Positions 26,510 to 36,651 of a stretch of DNA of 64,000 nt are shown piece by piece. A program made the translations under genes and the position numbers. The first letter of the stretch is position 1. Each line of letters starts with the position of its first letter. The notes under the pieces were generated by a model. That model saw only the letters and a list, made by a program, of their open reading frames with translations, did no database searches and had not been told where the DNA came from. This DNA is from Alphaproteobacteria bacterium (GTDB lineage: Bacteria > Pseudomonadota > Alphaproteobacteria > RF32 > CAG-239), in assembly GCA_017937705.1 (NCBI GenBank), contig JAGBDC010000030.1:38590-102589 (forward strand), written 5' to 3'.

Positions 26510-27415
26510 ATGGATATTTATTTGGCAAATCCTCGAGGTTTTTGTGCCGGTGTCAGAAGAGCGATTGACATTGTGCACAAGACTTTGGAGGAATATGGAA
26601 ATCCGATATATGTTCGCCACGAAATTGTTCATAATAAACATGTCGTTGAAGATTTGAAAAATCAGGGAACGATATTTGTTGAAGATTTAATTGAGGTTGA
26701 TAAAAAACGACCATTAATATTTTCTGCTCATGGGGTTTCTGATGATGTTAAAAATCAAGCCGTAGAAATGGGCTTAAACATAATTGATGCAACTTGTCCT
26801 TTAGTTTTATATGTTCATAAGTGTATAAAAAAATTAGAAAATGATAATGCTGAAATTATTATTATCGGGAAAAAGGGACATGCAGAAATTATTGGAACAT
26901 TTGGACAAGTTAAAAATAAGCAACGAGTTCATATTATTGCAAATTTATCAGAAGCTCAAAATTTAAACATTCCTGAAAATATAAAAATAGGTGTAGTTAC
27001 TCAAACAACTCTTTCGATAGACGAAACAAAAGAAATAACAGATTTTTTAAAACAAAAATATTCGCAAATAATTTTATATAATAATATTTGCTTTGCTACG
27101 ACTAATAGACAATATGCCGTAAGAAAATTGGCGGAAAAAACGGAAAATATTATAGTGATAGGTTCCAAAAATTCTTCAAATTCAAATAAATTAAAAGAAG
27201 TAGCGATATGCTGTGGTGTAAAAAATGTACTATTTATTGATGATGTTTCGGAAATAAATTGGGAAATAGCAGATACTTTTAACAGTTTAGGTATAACGGC
27301 CGGGGCATCTGCACCTGAATATCTTGTAGAAGAATTGCTTAAAGAATTTAAACAACGTTATGATAATATTAATATTCACAATGTTATAGTAGCGGAAGAA
27401 AACTTTGATTTTTAG
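26510..27415 (+). CDS. ispH: 4-hydroxy-3-methylbut-2-enyl diphosphate reductase
   Basis: NPRGFCAGVRRAI, DATCPLV and ICFATTNRQ cluster-binding Cys motifs. Confidence 0.95.
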   Translation: MDIYLANPRGFCAGVRRAIDIVHKTLEEYGNPIYVRHEIVHNKHVVEDLKNQGTIFVEDLIEVDKKRPLIFSAHGVSDDVKNQAVEMGLNIIDATCPLVLYVHKCIKKLENDNAEIIIIGKKGHAEIIGTFGQVKNKQRVHIIANLSEAQNLNIPENIKIGVVTQTTLSIDETKEITDFLKQKYSQIILYNNICFATTNRQYAVRKLAEKTENIIVIGSKNSSNSNKLKEVAICCGVKNVLFIDDVSEINWEIADTFNSLGITAGASAPEYLVEELLKEFKQRYDNINIHNVIVAEENFDF

Positions 27416-27428
27416 TCGGGAGAAAACA

Positions 27429-28496
27429 ATGTCACGAGCAGAAGATATTTTTCAAAAATTGGTTTATTTCGGCGAAGAAGCTATTGATGAGTTTATACTA
27501 ACTTCACAAAGCGAAGAGCTTTTTCTTGACTTCAAACAAGCAGATTCTTTAGGCAAAAACGGAAATTCTTTACATAAAGACGACAGACGTAATTTGGCAA
27601 AATGTATCTCCGGTTTCGGAAATTCGGAAGGCGGTGTTGTTGTTTGGGGAGTAGAGTGTTCCCGCAATATTGAAATTGGAGATGTAGCACGAGCAAAAGT
27701 TAAAGTTCAAAATGTTCATCGTTTTCTGAGTTGGTTGGAAAATGCTATTTCCGGATGTACAATTCCAAGTCATAATAAAGTGAGAAATCACATAATTAGC
27801 GTTGATGAAAATGGCGATGGTTTTGTTGCGACATATATTCCCAAAAGCGAACAATCCCCGCTGATGACAACAGTTGGCAATACTTTTTATATTCGTTCCG
27901 GTTCAAATAATGTTCCTGCTCCATATTCTGTTTTAGCCGGAATGTTCGGTCGTCGTCCGCAAGCAGAAATAGATTTGATGATTACAGACAAGCATCTGGA
28001 AATTTCAGATAACAGTGAAGCTGATATTTTGTATCCGGCCAGTATTGACTGTCCTCCGGACAAATATATGAAAATAGGTTTTACCATCAGAGGACATAAT
28101 GAAAGCAATGTTATTGCCAGAGAGCTTTATTTATCTTGTACTACGACCTCAGATGGTGGAGATTACAATAAAGTAAGATTTTTAAATTATAATCAAATGG
28201 ATACAATAGCCGGAATTGAGGGGCAATTAAATATCATTACTCGTCCGGAGTTGCGAGTTCCTCCTCGTAGTACTGTAAAATTTGTTAATGTAGAAATTAT
28301 TTTTAGCCCATATATAGAAGAAGATTTTCTACTTGATGGAGTTATTGGAGCAGACGGAACAGCTCCTCGTAATTTCAGAATTTATATTCCTAAAAATAAA
28401 TTACGCTCTTTTGTAGCAAGAGGAATGCGTGAAGATGCAGATGCCAATATTCTGTTAAATGAATTTTTTGCCGAATATATGGTAGGAGATTTATAG
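27429..28496 (+). CDS. AlbA_2 (Schlafen-like putative DNA-binding) domain protein with an unknown beta-rich C-terminal half
   Basis: SEELFLDFKQ ... LAKCISGFGNSEGGVVVWGV matches the AlbA_2 pattern (E..lEFK ... safaNt.GG.l..GV). GGGAGA RBS before ATG 27429. Ends 1 nt before the rnhA ATG. Confidence 0.65.
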   Translation: MSRAEDIFQKLVYFGEEAIDEFILTSQSEELFLDFKQADSLGKNGNSLHKDDRRNLAKCISGFGNSEGGVVVWGVECSRNIEIGDVARAKVKVQNVHRFLSWLENAISGCTIPSHNKVRNHIISVDENGDGFVATYIPKSEQSPLMTTVGNTFYIRSGSNNVPAPYSVLAGMFGRRPQAEIDLMITDKHLEISDNSEADILYPASIDCPPDKYMKIGFTIRGHNESNVIARELYLSCTTTSDGGDYNKVRFLNYNQMDTIAGIEGQLNIITRPELRVPPRSTVKFVNVEIIFSPYIEEDFLLDGVIGADGTAPRNFRIYIPKNKLRSFVARGMREDADANILLNEFFAEYMVGDL

Positions 28497-28937
28497 ATGC
28501 AAAGAATAGAGATTTTCACGGATGGTGCCTGTTCCGGTAATCCGGGAGCCGGAGGTTGGGGAGTAATTCTTCGTTATAAAGATGTTGAAAAAGAAATGTC
28601 TGGCGGAGAAAAAGAAACGACCAACAATCGAATGGAAATGACAGCAGTTATAAATGCACTTAAAGCTCTAAAAAGACCTTGTAATATTACGATTTATACT
28701 GACAGTAAATATGTGTTGGACGGAGTTAATGAGTGGTTACCTAACTGGAAAAAAAATGGATGGAAAACATCTAACAAAAAATCAGATGTTAAAAACGTTG
28801 ATTTATGGCAAGAACTAGACAGCCTAATACCTCAACACGAAATTCGATGGGTATGGGTTAAAGGACACAACGGACATCCCGAAAATGAGAGAGTAGATAC
28901 TCTTGCTCGTGATGCAATTAAGAATTTGACCTTATAA
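28497..28937 (+). CDS. rnhA: Ribonuclease HI
   Basis: [34 protein letters not shown] and [14 protein letters not shown] motifs. Confidence 0.95.
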   Translation: MQRIEIFTDGACSGNPGAGGWGVILRYKDVEKEMSGGEKETTNNRMEMTAVINALKALKRPCNITIYTDSKYVLDGVNEWLPNWKKNGWKTSNKKSDVKNVDLWQELDSLIPQHEIRWVWVKGHNGHPENERVDTLARDAIKNLTL

Positions 28938-31605
28938 CCGTAAAATTAGAAATCAAACGATTTAACTGGTCATCGCTTAATATTTCCGGCAAAACAATTC
29001 CGTCCGGAGCCAGCGGGCTGAACAAGATATAAAAAGGGAGACCGCTTCGTTTATATTTTTCCATAAACATTAAAACTTGTTTGTCATAGTTAGTCCAATC
29101 AACTTTTATAAACTCAATATTCGGACTGTTTTTTATTCTTGCGGCAAGCGAAGGTTTTTCAAGTACCATAACATTATTATATTTACAAGTTAAACACCAA
29201 TCTGCACCAACGGCCACAATAACGGTCTTCCCTTCCTTTATGTGTTTATTTATTTCATCATAATTAATTGTATCAACGGTTTGTTTTTTTACTTCTTCGT
29301 AGTGTTTGCTATGATTATAACCGCCATCAACTAATGCAATTATAAAAAATAAAGTAAATATTGAATAGAAAATTATATTGAATTTTCTTTTTATCTGTTT
29401 TTGCCTTTCTCCTTTAACTCCTTCATCGTAATTTTCATTGCTCAAAGAATTTAGCCATAATGCAAAAAAGCCGATAATAAGATAAATTGATAATCTGATA
29501 ATATACCAAGTATTAGTTTGAACCTGCAATATTGATATCAGCCATATAAGAGTTAAAAATAGTGCCAATGTCATAAAACTGTTTAATTTTTTCATCCATG
29601 GTCCTGGGGTAGGAATTAGAATAATTAAATTCGGGAATAAATATATTAATATATATGGAAAAGCTAATCCTAGTCCCACTGCTAATAAAACACAATAAAT
29701 ATCGACAATTGTTCCGGCTAATGCAAAACCTATTGCTGTTCCTAAATAAGGAGCAGTGCAGGGGGTTGCCATTAAAACGACCATTACACCGGTTAATAAG
29801 TGAGGGACATTATCAGGGTTTGAGGTATTAATTTGTTTTTGCAACCACTTCGGAGTTTTAAAATGAACAACATCAAAAATGGTTAGAATAAATAACATTA
29901 CGGCAAAAACCATTATGATAACAAAATACGGATTTTGAAATTGCATTCCCCAACCGATATTATGTCCCAAATATTTAAGAGTAGCCAAAAATGAAGCCAA
30001 CATAAACATACTTATAAATATACCAATTAAAGTATATCGAAAATTTCTGCGAATATTAATATTTTGTCTTGCTCCAAACTTTGTCAGAGATAACAACTTT
30101 ATAGACAACACCGGAAATACGCAAGGCATAAGATTTAGTAGCAAACCGCCTATAAATCCTAAAATTAGCAATTTAAGTGATAAATGAGGTTTTTCGTCAG
30201 GTTGATTATCTGTTATAGGAACAACATTGGTGCGTATAGGGGCTCGCGAATTTAATAATATACTAAATTCAAAATCATGTTCTTCGAGTTTTTTATCTTG
30301 AGATATTGGCAGAAAACGAACGGTTATTTTCTTTCCGTCAATATTAATTCTGGGAGTTTCAAAAGCAATATTATCTGCATTGCTGATAAAAATATCAAAA
30401 TCAGATATTTTTTCGGATGCGGTTAATGCAACCTCAATAAAGTCACCGATATCCGGAAGATTTTTTATTTTTACACTATCAATATTTATATATTCAGATT
30501 TTTCTTGCGGAATATTCATATGCCTTTGATATATAAATGTAGCGACAGAGCTTTCTCTTTTATATTCTGAATTTAGTGTCAATTCAGGATTAAATGTTTC
30601 TGTTGAACATTTAAAATTTTCATCACATATATCAACGCTGATTTCTGATTTCAATATTAGAGGTTTTTCTGTATCTTCAACTTCAAAAGTTATAGGAATT
30701 GCCAATTCTTTGAAAAAACCGCTATAATCTTTTCCTGATTCAATAATTATTCTGGTCGGTACGGGGATATTGGCTTGCCAATTTTTCAAATTTTCTGATT
30801 TTTCGAAGTTTATTTTTGGACGATTATGCAGACCGTCAATTCCGATAATCATTCGATTATCAGGCAACGAAAAATGCACTAAACCACGGATACTTTTTGC
30901 ATCTTTAATGCCGGTTTGTTCGGTTATAATTCTGACATAAGCATTTTTAGTTTTTTGCCACTCTCCGATACCTTTTTTACCGGTGAGAGGACTGGGATAT
31001 AAAATATCATAAAATGGAAGTTCAACCAGTTTTATGCGAGAAGCAATATGTATTAGTTCGTCAAATTCTCCTTTTTTATTGAAGGAATATGAGTCTCTCA
31101 AAATTTTAGCTTCGACGGCTTTGCGGTCTCGATTACTTAAAGTATATGGAACAATTGTCTTTATATCGGAAATAATAACGGCCTCTTCACCGGAATCAAT
31201 ATAGTCCGGAGCCTGTCGAAAATCGGCAATTTGGTCATCATCGACAATTATGGCCGGTTCTTCCGGAGTTAAAAGGCTCTCTTTGTATTTTTCATATAAG
31301 TTTTTGAAATAGCGATAAGCTCCCAGTCCGTTTCGGATATACATTTGTAAATCGTATGCACCTTGTTCACTAATCCCCGGAAACGCATTTTTTATATCAT
31401 CACGCATATCCTCATTGATTTTTTCTTTAGGGTACTGCTTATCAAAAAATTCTGCAGTTTTGAGTAAATTATTTAGCAATTTTTCTGTGTCAAATTTTTC
31501 AGTTTGAACCTCTGTTTCAGAATTGGTTATAATGTCTTCTTCCGCAAAACTAGGAAAAACAGGGATTAAAACAGATAATAAAATTGTCAGTAAAAATTTT
31601 TTCAT
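28918..31605 (-). CDS. dsbD: DsbD/ScsB-family thiol:disulfide interchange protein with a long N-terminal periplasmic domain
   Basis: Membrane Cys motifs [10 protein letters not shown] and [11 protein letters not shown]-terminal thioredoxin fold with WCLTC. Signal peptide. The 3' end overlaps rnhA by 20 nt (convergent). Confidence 0.85.
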   Translation of the reverse strand: MKKFLLTILLSVLIPVFPSFAEEDIITNSETEVQTEKFDTEKLLNNLLKTAEFFDKQYPKEKINEDMRDDIKNAFPGISEQGAYDLQMYIRNGLGAYRYFKNLYEKYKESLLTPEEPAIIVDDDQIADFRQAPDYIDSGEEAVIISDIKTIVPYTLSNRDRKAVEAKILRDSYSFNKKGEFDELIHIASRIKLVELPFYDILYPSPLTGKKGIGEWQKTKNAYVRIITEQTGIKDAKSIRGLVHFSLPDNRMIIGIDGLHNRPKINFEKSENLKNWQANIPVPTRIIIESGKDYSGFFKELAIPITFEVEDTEKPLILKSEISVDICDENFKCSTETFNPELTLNSEYKRESSVATFIYQRHMNIPQEKSEYINIDSVKIKNLPDIGDFIEVALTASEKISDFDIFISNADNIAFETPRINIDGKKITVRFLPISQDKKLEEHDFEFSILLNSRAPIRTNVVPITDNQPDEKPHLSLKLLILGFIGGLLLNLMPCVFPVLSIKLLSLTKFGARQNINIRRNFRYTLIGIFISMFMLASFLATLKYLGHNIGWGMQFQNPYFVIIMVFAVMLFILTIFDVVHFKTPKWLQKQINTSNPDNVPHLLTGVMVVLMATPCTAPYLGTAIGFALAGTIVDIYCVLLAVGLGLAFPYILIYLFPNLIILIPTPGPWMKKLNSFMTLALFLTLIWLISILQVQTNTWYIIRLSIYLIIGFFALWLNSLSNENYDEGVKGERQKQIKRKFNIIFYSIFTLFFIIALVDGGYNHSKHYEEVKKQTVDTINYDEINKHIKEGKTVIVAVGADWCLTCKYNNVMVLEKPSLAARIKNSPNIEFIKVDWTNYDKQVLMFMEKYKRSGLPFYILFSPLAPDGIVLPEILSDDQLNRLISNFTVIRSNS

Positions 31606-31695
31606 CGCAAAATTTCAATATAAGGTTTAAAAACATTAATTTATGTGTTATTATATATGATAGTGTTTAATAAATGGTATAATACGGGGAAATAA

Positions 31696-32256
31696 ATGAA
31701 AAAAGGCTATCTTACTGGAAAATGCCTTGTTGCAATGCCAAACCTTGAAGATGAAAGGTTTAAAAACACTGTTGTCTATTTATGTGCCCACAATCAAGAA
31801 GGTGCAATGGGTTTCATTGTTAACAAACAAATAAAAGAATTTTGTTTTTCTGATTTGGTCGGACAGTTTAATATTGAAAATATATCTCCGGTTGCTCCGA
31901 TGATTTTGCATAGAGGAGGCCCACAGGAACAAGTACGCGGTTTTGTTTTGCACAGTAAAGATTATGAAAAAGAAGGAACAGTTTCTGTTGATGATAAGTT
32001 TTCGGTTTCTTCTTCTATTTCAATATTGAACGATATCGCTTTCGGAGTGGGGCCGACATATAATTTGATAGCTTTGGGATATAGCAGTTGGAGCCCGAAG
32101 CAACTTGAGTTTGAAATAATTAATAATGACTGGTTGGTTATTGATGCAACTCCTGAATTGTTGTTCAAAACTCCGGATAATCATAAATGGCAACGTGCAA
32201 TAGATGAATTAGATTTTGACATAAATCGTATGAGTTTACGAACCGGTAGAGCGTAA
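31696..32256 (+). CDS. YqgE/AlgH family protein (UPF0301)
   Basis: GKCLVAMPNLEDERFKNTVVYLCAHNQEGAMGFIVNK is the family's typical N-terminal block. Confidence 0.85.
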   Translation: MKKGYLTGKCLVAMPNLEDERFKNTVVYLCAHNQEGAMGFIVNKQIKEFCFSDLVGQFNIENISPVAPMILHRGGPQEQVRGFVLHSKDYEKEGTVSVDDKFSVSSSISILNDIAFGVGPTYNLIALGYSSWSPKQLEFEIINNDWLVIDATPELLFKTPDNHKWQRAIDELDFDINRMSLRTGRA

Positions 32257-32271
32257 AATACTTCTTATACA

Positions 32272-32298
32272 AAAGCTCGGAATAAAATTCCGAGCTTT
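32272..32298. terminator. Bidirectional hairpin between convergent genes
   Basis: AAAGCTCGG-AATAAAATT-CCGAGCTTT perfect 9-bp stem. Confidence 0.55.
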
Positions 32299-32301
32299 AA
32301 C

Positions 32302-32742
32302 TTATATAATATTATGTTTTCCTATATTACGTTCTAAAAGTTTTATTCCCATATCATGAAATCGTTGGTTTTCGCTAAAACAGTAATCTTTCAAAATAAT
32401 CGGACGAATATTATTTTCTATCAAATCCATTGCTGTTTTATAAATGCAGGCATCGGTATCAAAACCGCAAATATGTACTTCATCAAAATTTTTCATTTCA
32501 GGTAAATATGACGAATAACCGTTTTTAGAAAAAATAATAGCATTTTTTTGTGGTATAAAAGCAAGACTTTCATCATTATATCCGTTCCAATTAAGAATTT
32601 TTAGAATAGGGGAATTTTTATTTTCAAATTTTGAAACAAATATATAGTTGTATTGGTTTTGCAATTTTTCTATTTTATCGGCAATCTCGGTTTTTGTGAC
32701 TGCTGATGTCTGAACATCAATAATTAATAAAGCTTTTTTCAT
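32302..32742 (-). CDS. Isochorismatase-family cysteine hydrolase (short)
   Basis: KALLIIDVQ N-terminus and catalytic-Cys context ICGFDTDACI; 146 aa. Confidence 0.75.
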   Translation of the reverse strand: MKKALLIIDVQTSAVTKTEIADKIEKLQNQYNYIFVSKFENKNSPILKILNWNGYNDESLAFIPQKNAIIFSKNGYSSYLPEMKNFDEVHICGFDTDACIYKTAMDLIENNIRPIILKDYCFSENQRFHDMGIKLLERNIGKHNII

Positions 32743-32888
32743 ATTTTTTAATCCTAAATATTGCGTTTCTATTAAAAATTATAAACTAATAAACACGAAA
32801 AGTCTTTTAAAATCATAATTTACTTTTTTCAAATAAGTTGTATAATGCAAAAAATTTGAATTATTATAAAACATAAATTTTTAAGTAT

Positions 32889-33671
32889 ATGAAAACTGTA
32901 GAAACAATTACAACCGCTAAAGATATTTTAGCTTTGGTTGATTTTATCTGTTCACAAAAGACAGATAGAGAGTACAAACTGTGTGACGAACAAGAAATCC
33001 GGTTGGAATACTCCTTTCCGAAAGAAGCTCCTAAATGGATAGTTCCTATTACAATATCGGGTAAAGAGGAGATTAAATATTTTATATTTGATCATGAATA
33101 TTGCTCGTTATACCTTCAAAAGGAGTATAAGGGACTGATATCTGTCGGAGGGTGTAAAATAAACGAAGTTGATGCGTGGAGTGCTTCTCACCATTGGCTT
33201 ATTGAAGACGGAGCTGTAAAAACCGTATTTATCATTCCAGATGATGTAGAAACAACTAATATTCCCAGCTATTGGGTGTATCGTTGTTATTTTGAACATC
33301 AGCCCTCTTGTCCGGTTCTTTTTTTGACACCGGAGGATGTGATAAATGCTTTTCCGTTCAAAGATATTGTCAGAAATGTGAAAAGTATTGAGTTAAAAGT
33401 AACAAGCTATGATGAGCCGGTGTGGCTTTTGACTCAAAAAAACGGAAGACAGTATGTAATTTACCCTTGTGCGTTGCATCGTTTTTGCGACAAGTTGAAT
33501 GTTACTCATGATTTTGCCGGTGAGCTGAGAAACCCGCAAAAAAATGAGGAGTTTCTTGTTTATCATTCTATCGGCGGAGAGGTTATTTGTTCGTTAATTG
33601 CCTTTAAAGTAAAAGGAGAGCAAGAGTTGTCTTTGCTACGTTTCAGTGAGATGAACTTGAACACAAAATGA
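32889..33671 (+). CDS. Hypothetical protein (260 aa), GC-richer orphan
   Basis: Clean ORF followed by a strong terminator. No motif recognised. Confidence 0.55.
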   Translation: MKTVETITTAKDILALVDFICSQKTDREYKLCDEQEIRLEYSFPKEAPKWIVPITISGKEEIKYFIFDHEYCSLYLQKEYKGLISVGGCKINEVDAWSASHHWLIEDGAVKTVFIIPDDVETTNIPSYWVYRCYFEHQPSCPVLFLTPEDVINAFPFKDIVRNVKSIELKVTSYDEPVWLLTQKNGRQYVIYPCALHRFCDKLNVTHDFAGELRNPQKNEEFLVYHSIGGEVICSLIAFKVKGEQELSLLRFSEMNLNTK

Positions 33672-33690
33672 ATTTCACTCTAAACAAACA

Positions 33691-33724
33691 AAACCACAGA
33701 TACATTATAATCTGTGGTTTTTTA
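33691..33724 (+). terminator. Rho-independent terminator
   Basis: AAACCACAGA-N10-TCTGTGGTTT followed by a T-run. Confidence 0.65.
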
Positions 33725-33801
33725 GCATTTGTTCCGTATTTTAATTGACATAAAAATACAATAATCATACACTTAAACGCATAAAATCTTAAGGAGGTAT
33801 T

Positions 33802-34239
33802 ATGAAAAAATATTTGTATTGTCTAGCTGTTTTGCTCTCAATTAATCCCGCACAGGCACAAATGAACGAAATGATGGGAGTTTTAGGTATTGGAGCAACT
33901 CTCGATGCTAACTCATATAAAAGTGTCGGAACTATGAATAGTGCACTCGGACGTATGCAATTACAACAAGATATCGGATTTTTGGTTACTGAAATTCAAA
34001 GCAAATTTATGCAAAATTATCTTGATATTGATGTTTCGTTATTGTCCTTTAACGGATTACACGGAGTTAACTGGAATGTAGTTCCGGTTTCCTCTGCAGA
34101 ATTTTATATAGATTTGCAAAATATTGATGCCGGTTCTTGCTTTCTAATTAAAGGCAATCCATGGGGGGCAAAACGCATTGAAATAAACGATGGACAAGAT
34201 TGTCAAAATTCAGATAATTCCATAAAATTGTATTTTTAG
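33802..34239 (+). CDS. Secreted pilin-derived protein (Sec-type signal peptide in place of the prepilin leader)
   Basis: AGGAGG RBS. Signal peptide ending AQA, then QMNEMMGVLGIGATL, which parallels SMVEMLGVLAIIGVL of the pilins at 47317 and 52886. C-terminal two-Cys block AEFYIDLQNIDAGSCFLIKG...DGQDC resembles the pilin C-termini. Confidence 0.5.
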   Translation: MKKYLYCLAVLLSINPAQAQMNEMMGVLGIGATLDANSYKSVGTMNSALGRMQLQQDIGFLVTEIQSKFMQNYLDIDVSLLSFNGLHGVNWNVVPVSSAEFYIDLQNIDAGSCFLIKGNPWGAKRIEINDGQDCQNSDNSIKLYF

Positions 34240-34292
34240 TTTGTTTTAGTATTTTCATAAAAAGTATTAATAAACAGACGATAAAACAAAAA

Positions 34293-34314
34293 AGAGGAAG
34301 TGTAAACTTCCTCT
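34293..34314. terminator. Bidirectional terminator between convergent genes
   Basis: AGAGGAAG-TGTAAA-CTTCCTCT flanked by an A-run and a T-run. Confidence 0.6.
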
Positions 34315-34357
34315 TTTTAGCACAGACGATGAATAAACAAAAAATAAATTTCTTTTT

Positions 34358-35035
34358 TTATTCATCAACATCGAAACCATAGTGAACAGGTCTTCTAGGG
34401 TACCATAATCGTACGCTATAACCTGGAATCATTCGTGGCTGATTACGCAAATAAAACATTGGTTTTTCGTAATTTGTAATCGTGAAATTTTCTTTTACCC
34501 AAGGATCAGGATTTGCCCATCTGTAGTAATGAACAGTAAAGTCTTTTGTGCATACAACATCGTTTTTTCCTACTGCAAATTCTCGGAAAATCTGCATTTT
34601 TTTGAAAAAACATTCGTGCTCTTTGCCTTCATATTCTCTTTTGCATACAAGTTGTTCCTCTCCTTGTTCTTGTAAGAGAACATTTTCTTTAGCCTCATTC
34701 TCCGGATATTCGAAGATAACACTTTCAAATGGAACGGCCCAAATCTTGTCTGCCCCTAATGGCCAAATAAATACTCTTCTATTTGCCTTTGAAAAAGAAA
34801 AAATATTTTTCTTTTCAAATGAGTAGAAGACATAGTGTCCTTCGTGATTGGGGAGCTCAGAATCTCTAAGTAAAGGAAAAAACTTGTTAATAATACGAAG
34901 TTTTCCGGTTTTTACTTTTTTGATTTTTGAGCAAGTTACTTCCCGCACAATTTTTTTGATATCATCAGCCTTGATAGTATCCATCGAACGCAACATCTCT
35001 CGTTGTTCGTCGAAAAGTAAAAATAAGTTATACAT
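34358..35035 (-). CDS. Hypothetical protein (225 aa), GC-richer orphan
   Basis: Clean ORF. No motif recognised. Confidence 0.55.
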   Translation of the reverse strand: MYNLFLLFDEQREMLRSMDTIKADDIKKIVREVTCSKIKKVKTGKLRIINKFFPLLRDSELPNHEGHYVFYSFEKKNIFSFSKANRRVFIWPLGADKIWAVPFESVIFEYPENEAKENVLLQEQGEEQLVCKREYEGKEHECFFKKMQIFREFAVGKNDVVCTKDFTVHYYRWANPDPWVKENFTITNYEKPMFYLRNQPRMIPGYSVRLWYPRRPVHYGFDVDE

Positions 35036-35095
35036 AGTAAATTTATAATTTGATTGATGTTCGTACTATAAAATTACTTCTATTTTTTGTCAAGT

Positions 35096-35135
35096 GTTTT
35101 GTATTTAAATAGCTTGAATTTAAGCGAAATTTGAG
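35096..35135 (-). repeat. Possible degenerate third copy of the tRNA-Glu 3'-flank repeat
   Basis: GTTTTGTATTTAAATAGCTTGAATTTAAGCGAAATTTGAG versus CGTTTGTATTGGTGATGCTAACCTCGCAATTTGCGAG; similarity is weak. Confidence 0.25.
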
Positions 35136-35223
35136 AAAATAAAAAGTATGATTAAAAAATTTTGGATACAAAAATATCGCTCTAAAAGTGTGCTGTCTAC
35201 GTAGATGATATTTTGCTCGCAAG

Positions 35224-35748
35224 TTATGAGCAGACACGTTCAATATAATCAAAAATTTTTTGATAACCTTTAAAATTTTTACACGTTAAAATCGGAATTT
35301 TGGTATTTCTTAAAAAATCAGCAATCTGTTGGTTAATTTCCTTGTTTGCTCTATCCCAATCCAGAATTTTAGATAAAGTTATTTTTCTGTAATGATAGGC
35401 TTGTATCGGTAAATCGGGAGAAATATCCTTACCTATAAGTTTTTTTGCTTTCAAAAAACGAGTAGTGAAACGCCATATTGCTAACAAGCGACTAATTCGC
35501 ATATCTACAATTAAATCCGGTTTAGCTCTTTCATAAAGTGTTTTTTGGCAACCTTCCATAACCCAGCTTGAGTTGTTATTAAGAAAGCTATTTAAAATAC
35601 AAAATTGTTCATCTTCCGAACGATAACCGCCGTTTTTAATTCGACATACCTCATCAAGATTCAAACGCGATAAGCCATATTTTTTATTTATGGTATAAGC
35701 AAGTGTAGATTTCCCTGCGCCGAGCGGCCCGATGATTAAGATTTTCAT
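35224..35748 (-). CDS. P-loop NTPase/kinase (adenylate-kinase / topology-modulation-protein-like)
   Basis: MKILIIGPLGAGKSTLA Walker A at the N-terminus when started at the internal ATG (35748). The 36 upstream codons of the track ORF look non-coding. Confidence 0.7.
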   Translation of the reverse strand: MKILIIGPLGAGKSTLAYTINKKYGLSRLNLDEVCRIKNGGYRSEDEQFCILNSFLNNNSSWVMEGCQKTLYERAKPDLIVDMRISRLLAIWRFTTRFLKAKKLIGKDISPDLPIQAYHYRKITLSKILDWDRANKEINQQIADFLRNTKIPILTCKNFKGYQKIFDYIERVCS

Positions 35749-35838
35749 TTGTATTTTCTCAAAATTTATTATTTTGATACAGGTTATAATATTAAGCACA
35801 CAAAGTAAATACCCTAAAGTTCGTAAAACTATCCAAGA

Positions 35839-35947
35839 TGTTTTTTTGAAAAACAAACATCAGAACTTGTCAGAGCCTTGAAAATAAAAAAACGGCTGTT
35901 TTTACCTACCGTTTGTATTGGTGATGCTAACCTCGCAATTTGCGAGC
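35839..35947 (-). repeat. Direct repeat of the tRNA-Glu 3' end + downstream flank (pseudo-att copy)
   Basis: TGTTTTTTTGAAAAACAAACATCAGAACTTGT...GAAAATAAAAAAACGG...CGTTTGTATTGGTGATGC aligns along ~100 nt with 36568-36660. Includes GTTTGTATTGGTGAT, identical to the junction with the tRNA 3' end. Confidence 0.6.
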
Positions 35948-35955
35948 TAAAATTT

Positions 35956-36453
35956 TTATTTTTCATTAAAAACATAACACACTTCCGCATACTCTTGACC
36001 TTGTATAACTAGGTTACGGTTAAATTGCTTAGCAATTATACCCCCGTTTTTTTCGTAAAAATGTGCCGCTTTAAAATTCTTTTCAAGAACATAAAGATAA
36101 AATTCTTCATTATGTATAGTTTGTCTATACGTTTTTATAAGCATTGAACCAACACCTTTTCTTTGTGCCGCAGGTTTAACATATAATGCACTGATTTCAT
36201 TTTTAATGCCGTAATTATCACGAGCTGAACCCGCAGATAAATAACCCATAATTTCTCCGTCGTTCTCACAAATCAAAACAATACGTTCTGAGCTTTCAAT
36301 AATTCTAATCCACGTTGATATTCTCTTATTATCGACCTTCCGCTCATTGAGATAAGTAGCATCAATTATTCCTTTGTATGCATTTTGCCATGTTTCAACG
36401 TTTATTTGAGCTATAACTTCGGCATCTTCAATCTCAGCCTTGCGGACTTTCAT
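35956..36453 (-). CDS. GNAT-family N-acetyltransferase
   Basis: VKPAAQRKGVGSMLIKTY acetyl-CoA motif; 165 aa. Confidence 0.85.
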   Translation of the reverse strand: MKVRKAEIEDAEVIAQINVETWQNAYKGIIDATYLNERKVDNKRISTWIRIIESSERIVLICENDGEIMGYLSAGSARDNYGIKNEISALYVKPAAQRKGVGSMLIKTYRQTIHNEEFYLYVLEKNFKAAHFYEKNGGIIAKQFNRNLVIQGQEYAEVCYVFNEK

Positions 36454-36567
36454 ATAATTTTCTCCTTATAATTAATTCTACGGTAGTCTATATCTTTTGT
36501 AAAAGCAATAATTAAATTATTGGGAAAAAGAATAGCTTTTTCTAGCTCATAAAAATTCCTCAAATGC

Positions 36568-36651
36568 GTGTTTTTGAAAATATAACATTCGAACTCGTAT
36601 AAAAGCTTAAAAATAAAAAAAACGACGCCTTAAATAAAACGCTGTTTGTAT
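36568..36651 (-). repeat. Native downstream flank of tRNA-Glu (master copy of the repeat)
   Basis: GTGTTTTTGAAAATATAACATTCGAACTCGT...AAAAATAAAAAAAACGACG...GCTGTTTGTAT directly abuts the tRNA 3' end. Confidence 0.6.

Larger units (their letters stand above)
35096..36651 (-). mobile_element. Putative tRNA-Glu-adjacent array of two single-gene cassettes bounded by direct repeats (no recombinase seen)
   Basis: See the repeats at 35096, 35839 and 36568. Same architecture as the tRNA-Thr locus. Confidence 0.3.

Noticed and set aside
28918-28937. 20-nt convergent overlap of the rnhA and dsbD-like 3' ends, considered as an annotation artefact or frameshift
   Set aside because: Both C-termini are full length with conserved motifs up to their stops, and short convergent overlaps are common.
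35043-35252. 69-aa minus-strand ORF between the orphan gene and the kinase gene
   Set aside because: It has no RBS, overlaps the kinase gene 3' end, and has a low-complexity basic composition. The region is better explained as intergenic and possibly holds a degenerate repeat scar.
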